Positions 19,201 to 28,980 are shown, counted from the first letter of the stretch. The stretch is 52,343 nucleotides of DNA from an uncultured Gemmatimonadota bacterium (GCA_964490075.1 CAZBBK010000039.1:1-52343); one strand, 5' to 3'. Notes: generated by a model from the sequence alone, not told the origin. Program-made: numbers and translations.

Positions 19201-20346
19201 GCCACCCTCGGGCGTCTGGACGTCGTCGCGGATCTGCTCCATGTCGTGCCGAACCCGATCCGGCAGCCGATCCCAGTCCAGGGCTTCGAGGTGGGCGGCG
19301 AGATCGGGATGCTCGTCGTCCTCGTCGTGGAGCTCGCGGATCAGGTGCACGCGGGCGGGATCCATATTGGGGTCGAGCTCGAGGGCGCGACGGGTCCAGC
19401 GCAACGCCTTCTCCGGCAGCTTCCGGTCGAGGAGAAAGCGCGCGCAGGCCCAGGCGAGATCGCCTGGTGTGGCCCCTTCGAACTCCTTCAGCACGGTTTC
19501 GATCGAGCGTCCGCTGCCTTCGCGGGCCCACCAGCGCTCGGCGAAGATCGGCGGCGGATCGCCCTCGTGTGAGGCGAGCGACGCACGCATCAGGTCGGCG
19601 GCCCGCGCGCGCTGGTCGCGCAGCAGGTCGATCAGTGCCAGCTCGCGCAGATTGGCCGGGTCGAGATCGCCCTCGAGCAGCGCCAGCAGGTGGACCGCGC
19701 CGGCCAAGTCGGGATTGCGAAGCTGGCTCCAGATCACCATGCCCAGCGGATGGAAGGCCTCTTTGCGACCAGCCAGGGCCGCTTCCGCGAGGTGCTCGCA
19801 GGCCAGCACGGGATCCCCCACGTCGTAGGCGGCCAGTCCGATCGCTTCGTGGACCTCCGGCGCGTCGGCGTGGGAGGCCAGCAGCCGATCTACCAGCACC
19901 GCCGCACGCGAGCGTTCCCCGCCTTGCTCGAGCACCGCGATCAAGGTCCGCGCCCAATCGGGCGCCAGGCTCTCGTCCGCCCGTTCGAAGGCCTGGCGGG
20001 CGTGCTCGAAGGCATCCTCCTCGCGCCCCGCCGCCAGGCTGATGCGTGCCATGCTGATCAGCGGAACCGGGTCGTCGGGTGCCCCGCGCGCCGCCTCGCC
20101 CAGCAGCTTCAGGGACTGCGGCAGGTTGCCGAGAGCCAGCTCGATCTTGGCGCGCGCGGTGAGCAGCTCGGGATGGGCGCGCAGGTCGCGGGCGACCTGC
20201 TGGTGCACGTGCCGCGCGTCGGTGGCGCGGTCGAGGCGAAGCATCAGGTCGATCAGCTCGCACGCCGTCTCGATCGAGCGGGGGTCGGCCTTCAGTCGGG
20301 CCAGAGCCTGGTCCAGAGCGGCGGCGTTCGCGTCGGATTCGGTCAT
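16273..20346 (-). CDS. TPR - ClpA/ClpB-type double AAA+ ATPase - RF2-like (GGQ-less) fusion protein
   Basis: N-terminal helical TPR-like repeats; NBD1 GGGGVGKT; NBD2 GPTGVGKTE, LLLDEVEKAHP, FRPELFNRID; C-terminal PTFWDD, AQEWAAALLKMYRRWA, GPNAYGLLRSETGTHR, VRDPRTG, AVLDGRIDEFI matching release factor 2. Confidence 0.88.
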   Translation of the reverse strand: MTESDANAAALDQALARLKADPRSIETACELIDLMLRLDRATDARHVHQQVARDLRAHPELLTARAKIELALGNLPQSLKLLGEAARGAPDDPVPLISMARISLAAGREEDAFEHARQAFERADESLAPDWARTLIAVLEQGGERSRAAVLVDRLLASHADAPEVHEAIGLAAYDVGDPVLACEHLAEAALAGRKEAFHPLGMVIWSQLRNPDLAGAVHLLALLEGDLDPANLRELALIDLLRDQRARAADLMRASLASHEGDPPPIFAERWWAREGSGRSIETVLKEFEGATPGDLAWACARFLLDRKLPEKALRWTRRALELDPNMDPARVHLIRELHDEDDEHPDLAAHLEALDWDRLPDRVRHDMEQIRDDVQTPEGGAVAGRSSGAGTDGDHPAIGIGRPLDPSDGRAPPWIGSTADIDRLLRLLARPSRRSVLIVGGGGVGKTALVRAAAARIAAGEGPAELREHSFWVIPPIELQTDIKYLGEWQSKISELADKLKSRGKTIVHMPRLHQLLGAGTTEHHEIDMLSALAPMIEADELVVVGETLPGPAARMLRARPELERAFTRVALAEPTRAETRKILTGACGWIGGTGPAIDAAAVDRTIDLCARFQRHRGFPAKGLDLLRRTVESVGAQGGEQVGSEEVAHELSASTGLPRFLLLDSEPLDLRRATAFFAERVLGQERAIEALVDTVARIKTDLHDPQRPLACYLFAGPTGVGKTEAAKTLAAFLFGDEGRLIRLDMSEFGDPSAPDRLIMGDPRREGSRGQLTGPVRDQPLSVLLLDEVEKAHPRVFDLLLQVLGEGRLTDALGETVDFRECVILMTSNLGYERGGDGAFGFHRDRDEAEAAALRTEIERFFRPELFNRIDRVVHFYGLSLETMRKIALREIGRCLTREGIVRRGVVVETDPGVADLILERGQSARYGARQLKRAVEDLVAVPLARLLSEASPGPDDTVRLLPRDQRVEAQIVRDEPEPAAAPPPRRPARARRHGSTRQAHQRIARLQERLAGIEGALGIDALRARADDLRREMTRPTFWDDATRSTAALRELARVTHLIDRHKGMERKIEEALLLVDLVTGGRKERQGELERRIHEMEELSEGVELETVLTDPGDARAAYLVVAAAQRGAAAQEWAAALLKMYRRWARHRGYESELQGERLSVGGEGRAAILRIDGPNAYGLLRSETGTHRRIGSRAGDGGREVTVARVLVLPDPASAERAEEPSYRSARADELRFLDKACGVLALRGPRREWRIYSQLPRDAALTLGRELIRGLAERRASIDDELGRVVRNVGLRKQRFVRDPRTGHQVSDVGAVLDGRIDEFILAALLGAEAGARQAGEPMPAQSASGRGSRT

Positions 20347-20616
20347 CGATCCCTTCCGGGGCTGGTTCTCGCCTCGATCTTAGCGCGCTGGCGACGTCGC
20401 TGTCCGCTCGCCGTGGCTCCGCACGCTGCGGCGGAACTGCGCACCCGCTCGGGCGGCGAGTCGTCCCGGCCCTCGATCGACCGTTGTAGATGGCCGATTT
20501 GGATTGGCGCGATCGTTGCAGGGAACACTCTACGCCTGCTGGCGGAACGAGCTGAGGCCCTTGGCTCGATCATGAGCGGGGTGTTCCGCCGGGGTGGAAC
20601 CGTTGAGGATGAACGC

Positions 20617-20645
20617 GCCCGGGTCCGGATGCAGCGGACCCGGGC
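20617..20645. terminator. 11-bp GC-rich hairpin, possible terminator
   Basis: GCCCGGGTCCG-GATGCAG-CGGACCCGGGC perfect inverted repeat, followed on + by TTCCTCGTTT; lies downstream of the VOC gene. Confidence 0.45.
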
Positions 20646-20719
20646 TTCCTCGTTTGGGGTCCGCGCAGATGGCCTGTTCTGCCAGATCATGATCTGGAGC
20701 TTCGTCCAGAGCTCGCCGC

Positions 20720-21067
20720 TCAGTACTTCGGTTGATAGAGCTCCACCCGCACCCCGCCCGGCATCATGAAGTGGGTCACGAAGCCGTAGCTCTGCTCGAC
20801 GATTGCGTCGTTGAGCTCGACCCCTCGCTCGCGCAGCTCGGCGACCGTGGTCTCGATATCGTCGCAGGTGAACGAGATGTCGTGCGTGCCCGAAGGCGGT
20901 GCGCCCGGGTGGTCGATCGGGTGCATGCCGATCTCCGACCGCGGCAGGTCGAAGATCAGCCAGCCGCCGCCCACGTCGCGGTAAGGGAGCCGCAGCTTGT
21001 CGCGCACGAAGGCGCGCAGCTCCTCGGCCTCGGACGAGAAGAACATTCCATGGATACCGTGGATCAT
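20720..21067 (-). CDS. VOC/glyoxalase-family protein
   Basis: MIHGIHGMFFS..DVGGGWLIF..HDISFTCDDIETTVAELRERGV..MPGGVRVELYQPKY; GGAGG RBS. Confidence 0.88.
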   Translation of the reverse strand: MIHGIHGMFFSSEAEELRAFVRDKLRLPYRDVGGGWLIFDLPRSEIGMHPIDHPGAPPSGTHDISFTCDDIETTVAELRERGVELNDAIVEQSYGFVTHFMMPGGVRVELYQPKY

Positions 21068-21135
21068 CGGGTCCTCCGAAGTGTGCGAACGTGCGCCGGC
21101 GATCGGCTCCCGCTCCCGCCCATGATCGGACGTCG

Positions 21136-21933
21136 CTACACCAGGAGAGCGCCGCGAAACACCGTCACCGCAGAGCCTCGTAATTCGACCCGCTCCCCGC
21201 GCACCCGCCCGCGCACCACGCCGCCGCGCGCCGAGGCCTGAAAGCCGACCAAGTCTTCCTTGTCGAGGCGTGCGCTCCAGAAAGGAACCAGCACGCAGTG
21301 GGCGGCACCGGTCACCGGATCCTCGTCGATCCCGGCGTGCACCGCGAAGAAGCGCGACACGAAATCGAACTCCCCTGCGCCGCGCGCCGTCACGATCAGT
21401 TCGCCGCGGGCGATGCGCCGCAGCTGATCGAAATCGGGACGTGCCTCGCGCACCTCGGCCTCGGAGCCGAGCTCCAGCAGGTAGCCGGGGTGTTCGAGGG
21501 TCTCGAAGCAGCGCAGCGGGCTCACGCCCAGCGCCTCCGCCTCGGGTCGTGGTGGGGCGCATGCCGCGACCCGCGAAGCCGGCAGATCGAGCGCGATCCG
21601 ATCGCCTTCGCGGCGCGCCTCGAGCACGCCGCTGCGGGTGTGGAAGCGAGCGCCTCGCTGCGGCTCCAGCCGGCCCGCCTCCCACAGCACATGGGCGCTG
21701 GCCAGGCTGGCGTGGCCGCAGAGCGGCACCTCGGTGGTGGGCGTGAACCAGCGCAGCCCGAAGCCCTCCTCGTGCGGCACCACGAAGGCGGTCTCCGACA
21801 GGTTCATTTCGGCTGCCACCTGTTGCATCCACTCCTCTTCGGCGGGCGATTCGAGCAGACAGACCGCGGCCGGATTGCCGGAGAAGGGCCGCTCGGTGAA
21901 GGCGTCGACTTGATAGAGGGGGAGCTCGGGCAT
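21136..21933 (-). CDS. PhzF-family isomerase
   Basis: QVDAFT..GNPAAVC, EMNLSETAF, LRWFTPTTEVPLCGHASLA, EDPVTGAAH. Confidence 0.94.
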   Translation of the reverse strand: MPELPLYQVDAFTERPFSGNPAAVCLLESPAEEEWMQQVAAEMNLSETAFVVPHEEGFGLRWFTPTTEVPLCGHASLASAHVLWEAGRLEPQRGARFHTRSGVLEARREGDRIALDLPASRVAACAPPRPEAEALGVSPLRCFETLEHPGYLLELGSEAEVREARPDFDQLRRIARGELIVTARGAGEFDFVSRFFAVHAGIDEDPVTGAAHCVLVPFWSARLDKEDLVGFQASARGGVVRGRVRGERVELRGSAVTVFRGALLV

Positions 21934-22064
21934 GGTGGGGTCCTCTGGGTCGGTGGTTCTCGTTACACTAACCATGAAGCGCTCGGGATGGGCGCCCCAA
22001 GGTAACGACCCATCGTCTGGGTTCCTTTTCTCATGGACCGCGCCCGATCACGCCGGAGGAAGCC

Positions 22065-25000
22065 ATGAGGCCAAAGCTGATTGCCACGCTGTCGATTCTC
22101 GGTACGGCGGTCATCCAGGCCGCGACGATCCATGTGCCGGGCGACAGCCCCACCATCCAGGGCGCCATCGATGGCGCCGCCGCGGGTGACGCGATCATCG
22201 TGCATCCCGGCACCTACATCGAGAACCTGGACTTTCTTGGCAAGCCGATCGTCGTCACTGGAACCGCTCCGCGCGATTCGGCGATCGTCGCCCGGACGGT
22301 GGTGGACGCCATGGCCACCGAGCAGGATCCGGTGAGTGTCGTGGCCTTCGCCTCGGGAGAGGGGCCGAGATCGGTGCTGGCGGGGCTGACCCTGACCGGT
22401 GGCACGGGAACCGAGATCGACCGCTACTACGGTTCCCCGAGCACCGTCGGCGGGGGCGTGTTCTGCGACGTCGGCACCGCGCCTCGTCTGATGGACCTGG
22501 TGGTGCGCGAGAACCGCACGGTCGGAATCGGCGAGCGGGTCGGAGGCGGCGGGATCGGCTGTGAGTCGTCGTCGCCCAGCCTCAGGCGTTGCACGGTGGT
22601 GGACAACTCCACCGAGCTCCAGGGCGGCGGCCTCTACTGCTCGGCCTCTTCCCCCACCCTGGTCGGCTGCAAGATCGAGCGCAACCGTGCCGTCGATCCA
22701 TACGATGCCTATGGAGGCGGAATCTGTTGTCGGGTCTCATCGCCCGCTCTCGAGAGCTGCACGATCAACGCGAACAGCGCGGGTCGTACGGGCGGCGGGA
22801 TCCACTGTATCTACTCCTCGCCAACACTCGACTACTGCACGATCGCCGCCAACACCGCACTGCGCGACGGCGCGGGCCTCTACTGCGACGTCGGTTCCTC
22901 CTCCGTGCTCACGAACTGCACGATCGCAGGGAATCGCGCCGACAACGACGGCGGCGGACTCTACAACTTCGCGTCTTTTTTGATCCTCGAAAACTGTATC
23001 TTGTGGTACAACCTTCCGGAAGAGATCACCGGGACGGGCGGTGACGCAGACGTGACCTACTCCAACGTCCGGGGAGGATGGGACGGCGAGGGCAATATAA
23101 GTGCGGGTCCGCGATTCTGCGATCTCACTTGCGGAGAATTCAATGCGCTCGGCCTCGCCGCCGACTCGCCCTGCATCGGCAGCGGTCGAGGGGGGGCGGA
23201 CATGGGAGCGTGGCCGGTGGCTTGCGACTTCCCGGCGGAGCCCACGCCCACGGTGCTCGAGGTGCCGGCGCAGTACGCGACCTTGCAGGCCGCCCTCGAC
23301 GTGGCCTGCTCGCTCGACACCATTCTCGTCGCTCCCGGAAGCTATCTGGAGTCGGAGCTCGTCTAACCCGATCTGAGTGTGGTGGTCCGAGGCTGGGATC
23401 CCCTGGATCCGGAGGTCGTCGCCGCGACGGTGATCGACGGCATGGGACAGGCCACGCTGCGCTTTCGAGTGACCCATTCGGCCGTGATCCACCGGCTCTC
23501 GGGTGTCACGGTCACCGGCGGGGATCCGGGAATCGACTGTCGCAAAGCATCTCCCGAGATCGATCGTTGCCGGATCACGGGGAATTACAGCCCATCCGGC
23601 GGTAGAGGGATCGTGTGCCATGGCGGGGCTCCGATCATCACCAACTGTACGATCACCGCCAACGGGTCTTCTGATCCGGGGGGGGGCCTCTACTGCTTCA
23701 AGTCCTCGCCGACCGTTGTCGACTGCACGATTTCCGGGAACTTCGCTGAGTATAAAGGCGCCGGTCTCTACTGCTACCGGTTCTCTCCGACCCTCACCCG
23801 CTGCACCATCGCTGAGAACTCCACACTGATGACGGGTGCCGGGATCTACTGCTGGGAAGGGTCTCCGCTCTTCACGCGCTGCACGATCGCGGGCAATGTC
23901 GCCCTTGAAGAAGGCGGTGGGCTCTATTGCCTCGACTCCTCTCCGACTCTGGTGGATTGCATCCTTTGGAACGACAGTCCGCGGGAGATCTACCCGGAAG
24001 ATGCCGATTCCGCGATCGTGACCTACTCGGATGTGCAGGGCGGCTGGGACGGCGAGGGCAACATCGACACCGATCCGCGATTCTGCGCCGAGGGCTGCGC
24101 GGGATCCGAGAGCTTCGGGCTCGCCTCGGACTCGCCATGTCTCGGCAGCGGTCAGGGGGGCGCCGACATGGGCGCCTGGGGCGAGAGCTGCGTTTCACCC
24201 GCCCAGAGCGTTCCGACCGTGCTCGAGGTTCCAGGAGACTACCCCACTTTGCGCGCCGCGCTCGATTCCGCCTGTCGGGCCGATACCATCCTCGTGGCCC
24301 CCGGCACCTACCAGGAGCCCGGGCTGACGATTCTCGGCCGCGGCCTGGTGCTGCGCGGATGGGATCCGCTGGACCCGCGGGTGGTGGCCGCGACCGTCAT
24401 CGAGGGCGATCAGAAGGACGTGATGTTCTTTCGTCCCCCGGTCGCCTCGATGGACGCGACTCTTGCCGGCGTCACCGTTACCGGAGGCGGGACGGGGATC
24501 CGCTGCGACGGAGCATCCCCGCGAATCGAGCACTGCGTGATCACGGGGAACTCCACCCAGAGGAGGGGTGTCGGACTGCACTGCAACTTCTCATCCCCAA
24601 CGCTTGCCTACTGCTCGATCACGGACAACGAAGCGTCGGACTATAGCGGCGGGGGGATCTACGGCTACCAATCCTCCCCGATCGTGCGCAACTGCGTGAT
24701 GGCGAGGAACTACTCCTACTCCGGTAGCGCGCTCTATTGCAGCCATGGCTCCTCGACTCTGCGTAACTGTACGATCATGGAGAACAGCGGGAATAGCTCC
24801 GTCTATGGCTATTCCTCCGACCTGACCATCACGAACTGTATTCTGTGGAATGATACCTCGCGCGAGATCCACTATTCCTTCGACGCGCCGGTCGTGACCT
24901 ACTCGGATGTTCGTGGCTATTGGAGCGGCGAAGGAAATATCGACGCCGATCCGGGTTTTCGCGGTGTCGGCTCTTTCGAGGGCCTTCTCGGCCCCGGGTC

Positions 25001-25151
25001 GCCGTGCATCGACGGCGGCGATCCGGCCGTCGAAGACGCCATCTTCGACTGGCATCCACGCTGGCCGGACCAGTATCCGAACGGTCCCAGAAGCGACATG
25101 GGTGCCTACGGGGGGGAGGGCAACTCGGGGTGGGTTGGTGGCGGCCGCTGA
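22065..25151 (+). pseudogene. Three-module secreted beta-helix protein interrupted by in-frame TAA (23364-23366)
   Basis: ORFs 22065..23366 and 23379..25151 are in the same frame; read-through YLESELV*PDLSVVVRGWDPLDP aligns without gaps to the third-module YQEPGLTILGRGLVLRGWDPLDP. Confidence 0.8.
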
Positions 25152-25160
25152 GGCGATCGA

Positions 25161-27074
25161 TCAAGGGGCCGAAATGCGCCGAGCGAGGTCCAGGTCGGTA
25201 CCGATCACGGTGGCGGGGCGCGAAATGACGATGTCGTCCACGCAGGCCGCGCCTCCGCTGGAGGGGACCGCGAAGTGGGTCCCTCCCCATGCCTGGGGAA
25301 TCTCGTCGCGGACCCGGATGATGGACTGGCCGTCGATGGCGACGGAGACCGTGTGCCCGTCGGAGCGGAGCTCGAGTCGATGCCAATCGCCGGGCGAGAT
25401 CGTCATCGGCACGCGCGCCAGCTCTTCGCTGAAGCCGCGCGCCACATTCCGCAGGAGCTGTGCGCCGCCAGCACTCAGATGCAACCGATAACCGCGATCA
25501 AACCACTGCACCCAGCGGGTCTGCACCGACAAGGTCCCCGATTCCAGCGTGAAGCGACAGTTCAAATCGTAGTCCCAAAGGGGTTCCGTGATCACCGCGA
25601 CGCTGGCCAGGTACTGGATCGCTCCCGAGTGTGGTCCGATACGGGCCGCGATCACGTGATTGGTGTCGTTTTCTGCGACGACGGCCCAGGCGCGCTCGAA
25701 TCGGGAGATGCAGACGTAGCCTTCGTTCTGGATCGGATCCTCGAAGTCGACAGCCAGGATCGTCCCTTCCGGTTGCGGCGGTCGAACCGCGTCCAGCGCG
25801 CGCGCGACTCGCAGCAGATCGTCCTCCATGCGCTGCGTTTCGTGCGTCAGGGAGTCCGCTAAATTGTGTTGCTCGTGGGGATCGACGGCCAGATCGAAGA
25901 GCTTGTTGTTGTCGGAATGGTCCAGGTCTTCAGCGCGGTGGATCAGCTTCATCGACCCGTCGACCAGCGCCCTGAATGCTCGGCCTTCCTGGATCGAGGC
26001 ACGGGGCTCGGGATCGTGGATCAGATTGCGGCCCTGGATCCCGGGTGGGATGGCCATCCCCAGCACCTCCAGCGTGGTGGGGAGGAGATCGGCGAGATCG
26101 GGATTGCCGGCGAGCATCAGATCGCGCGCGGGGCCGTGCCGGCGTTGCCAATCCTCGGGGAAGATCATGAGCAGCGGGATGCGGCTGTTCCCCTCGAAGT
26201 GATCGATATGACAGAAATAGTAGTTGTGGTCGCCGTGCAGCTCCTCGCCGTGGTCGGCGGTGATCACCACCAGGGTGCTCTCGCGCAGGCCCTCCTCGTC
26301 GAGCATCACGAAGAGCCGGCGGATCTGGTCGTCCATGTAGGCGATCAGGCCGTCGTACTCGGCGACGTACCAGTCCATGCTCAGGATTCCGTCGATCACC
26401 TGGTCGTCGCGCATCGCTGCCACGCAGCTGCGGCCGCTGGTCAGCGGTGCGTCGCCCAGGCCACCGTAGAAGGGGTCGCCGACGAAGAGGTCGTCGAAGG
26501 GGGCGGGACAGTCGTAGGGGGCGTGGGCTGCGAAGGGCTGGGCGTGGATGAAGAAGGGACGGGCGCCGGGGTCGCGGATGATGGTCTCGATCTGGTCGGT
26601 CAGGTTCTGGTCGGGCCGCGCGGTGAAGCTGCAGTGTTGAAAGTAGCAACCTGCTCTGCCGGCGGGCGCGAGCATGGGATTGCTGGTCAGCAGGTGGGTG
26701 TCGTAGCCGGCGTCCGCCAGGATGGATGGGAGGTTGGGGACGGTGCTGGGCAGGGCAAGTGCGTCTTCGACGACTCGGTGGGTCTCGACGCTCAGGCCGG
26801 TGAGCATCGAGGCGACGCTCGGCCAGGTCCAGGTGCCGGAGGAATGGGCGCTGGACCAGGCCACTCCTTCGGTGGCGAGCTGGTCGAGGAAGGGGGTGGT
26901 CTCGCGTTGGTAGCCGTAGAGGCTCAGGTGATCCGCCCGTGTGGTGTCGAGCACGTAGAAGATCACGTTGTAGGGGGTATCGGGGAGCGAGTGGGCGCCG
27001 GCCGGGAGCGCCGCGAGGGCGGCAAGAGCCGCGAAGCACCGGCGGGCGCTTCGGTTGCGGGTGCGGGTGTGCAT
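25161..27074 (-). CDS. Secreted sulfatase-like (alkaline phosphatase superfamily) protein with C-terminal beta-sandwich
   Basis: NVIFYVLDTTRADHLSLYGY, WTWPSVASMLTG, VVITADHGEE, LFDLAVDPHEQHNL; signal peptide after ATG 27074. Confidence 0.88.
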   Translation of the reverse strand: MHTRTRNRSARRCFAALAALAALPAGAHSLPDTPYNVIFYVLDTTRADHLSLYGYQRETTPFLDQLATEGVAWSSAHSSGTWTWPSVASMLTGLSVETHRVVEDALALPSTVPNLPSILADAGYDTHLLTSNPMLAPAGRAGCYFQHCSFTARPDQNLTDQIETIIRDPGARPFFIHAQPFAAHAPYDCPAPFDDLFVGDPFYGGLGDAPLTSGRSCVAAMRDDQVIDGILSMDWYVAEYDGLIAYMDDQIRRLFVMLDEEGLRESTLVVITADHGEELHGDHNYYFCHIDHFEGNSRIPLLMIFPEDWQRRHGPARDLMLAGNPDLADLLPTTLEVLGMAIPPGIQGRNLIHDPEPRASIQEGRAFRALVDGSMKLIHRAEDLDHSDNNKLFDLAVDPHEQHNLADSLTHETQRMEDDLLRVARALDAVRPPQPEGTILAVDFEDPIQNEGYVCISRFERAWAVVAENDTNHVIAARIGPHSGAIQYLASVAVITEPLWDYDLNCRFTLESGTLSVQTRWVQWFDRGYRLHLSAGGAQLLRNVARGFSEELARVPMTISPGDWHRLELRSDGHTVSVAIDGQSIIRVRDEIPQAWGGTHFAVPSSGGAACVDDIVISRPATVIGTDLDLARRISAP

Positions 27075-27295
27075 GGGTAGTTGGGATCGCTGTGGGTTGT
27101 TGCCGGAGCCGCGCCGAGCGCGGATCGTGCCGAATCCTCCAATCTCGAGCATAACGCAGGTGGCGGGGCCTGCCGGGTCATGAAGGCTTGCTCTTCCGGC
27201 GTCGGTATTGGATCTTGGGCTGCCATGGAATCGACCGACCACGAAGGGGATCCGCGACCGATGGGCTGCGGGCCGGGAACCAGGATCGAGAGATC

Positions 27296-27992
27296 ATGAA
27301 GGGTACGGCACTCATTGGAGCACTGTTCGTCCTCTGCTGCGGCACGACTGCCCAGGCGGGCGGCCTCTTCCGCGGCACTCTGGCCTCCGCCGAGCCCTTG
27401 GCGGCCGGCGAGGGACACCTGGCGGCGGCATGGCTGTCGCTCGATCCGAATGACCCGGAGAGCTACTGGGTGACGCACGGTCGAGTGGGCGTGCGAGATC
27501 GGCTCGCGCTCTCCGGTTTCGTGCCCCGCGGAGAACGACTCCGAGACCGACTTCTGGTGTCTGGGCGCCCAGATTCCCTTCGGCGATCCCGAAGGCGTGG
27601 CGGCGGCTCTTTTCGGGTCGGTGCTGGGCGGCGGGGACGATCTCGGGCGCTACGGCGGTGGCGCCGCGGCCTTCTTCGGGGTCGCGCTCAGCAAGCGTGC
27701 GGGCGCCTTTTCGCTGGACGGGGCTTTGCCTCTCTATGTGCGTCGCTTGACGGCTCCGGATGACGACTGTGAGAGCGCCCTCTGCGAGCTCCGAGGTGTG
27801 CCGGCGCCGATCTCTCTGGTGGCGTCCGAGCTCTGGGTCGGCTACTACCTGAGCGACCGCCACATCATCCGCACCAGCGCTTTTTATCCCTTCGGGACCC
27901 TGCAGTACGAGCTGCGCCACGGCCCCACCAGCCTGCGCTGCGGGGTCGGCCTCAACCTGAACGGCATGGTGGCGGTGGGGGTGCGGTTCTAG
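27296..27992 (+). pseudogene. Putative outer-membrane protein with a frameshift near 27520
   Basis: Signal peptide MKGTALIGALFVLCCGTTAQA in one frame; coding-like continuation (PAENDSETDFWCLGAQIPFG...VAVGVRF, terminal Phe) in another. Confidence 0.55.
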
Positions 27993-28129
27993 GTGCTTTC
28001 ATCCGTGTGCATGGATGGCAATGGTCACCAGCTACACTGATACCGGCTGTCACGAACTTCGCCGGAACAGCAGGGCTGCCGCCGCGGCCGAATCCCCGCA
28101 AGGTCCGAGCTCCACCGCCGGCAAGCACG

Positions 28130-28914
28130 ATGCACCTGACCGACCAACAGCTCGGCGCCATCCGGCGCGCCAGGAATTTGGGGCGTAGGCTTCGGGATGA
28201 GCTCCCCGAGATCGCGGAGGAGTATCGCGCGGGCGCCGAGTTCGGTGACATCGTCGAGCGTCACGACATCGTGGCGACCTACGGGGAGACTGAAGAGGTC
28301 TCCCGCCAGGCGATCCATTACGTACTCCACGGTGCCAAGCGCTTCGGGAGCCAGCGGGGATTCCGCGGACTCCTGCGGGTTGCCGAGCTGCGGGAAATCC
28401 GGCGGCAGAAGCGAGTCCGACTCGGGCGCAGGACCTACGAGGAGGGCAGGGCGCTCTTCGCGGCGACCGAGGAGGAACGCTTTCACCATCGATCCCTTGG
28501 TGGCCAGGCTCTTCGTGACCGGGGCGAAGGCCTGTTCGGCATGAGCGCGGAGGAGCGGAGGGAGATCGCGCGGCGAGCCGGACGCCTGCAATACGAGCGG
28601 GGAACCGGCGTTTCAACCGCACGCCCGAGCAGTGGTCCAAGGACAGTCAGCTGGCGGGCCGCAACTCCGCGATCGCTCGGGGCTTCGTGCCCTGGGTGGA
28701 GCCGAGGATCACGGAGGAGCTCTGCGACCTCTCCGAATTCGACGTCCTTTGGCTGTTGGCCCACGATCCCGACTACCAGTTGCCAAGAGGAGTCCGCCGT
28801 GCGGAGCTGGCTCGAGCACTCAATCGGGAGTTCCACGGCGGGCGGCCCGCGCGCACCGTGAAGGCGATCTCCTCGGCGCTGAGCAGGCTGCGGAAGGAGC
28901 GCGGCCGGGTCTGA
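28130..28914 (+). pseudogene. Basic helical hypothetical protein with frameshift near 28612
   Basis: MHLTDQQLGAIRR... with repeats (GRALFAATEEER, GEGLFGMSAEER, GTGV|FNRTPEQW); third repeat completes only after a frame change at the short T run in GGCGTTTCAAC. Confidence 0.65.
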
Positions 28915-28980
28915 GGAGCCAAGGCCGAGAGCGCCCGGAGAGCGTTTCGATGATGTGGGACCTGGGTGGATTCCGTGCTT

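Noticed and set aside
16303-19572. Very long antisense/alternate-frame ORFs (e.g. 16303..19572, 9317..11503, 31368..33743, 44884..47232, 36383..38530)
   Set aside because: Shadow ORFs expected in high-GC DNA; they overlap genes with clear family motifs and have Arg/Ala/Pro-rich, motif-free translations.
16273-20346. Naming the fusion clpB or prfB
   Set aside because: Lacks Clp N-domain, M-domain and NBD1 Walker B; lacks GGQ and SPF; neither symbol is justified.
20590-20655. T-box riboswitch or SRP RNA call
   Set aside because: GGGTGGAACCG is present but there is no recognisable Stem I and no downstream + strand gene; the SRP GGAAGGAAGCAGC loop is not matched. Kept only as an unexplained structure.
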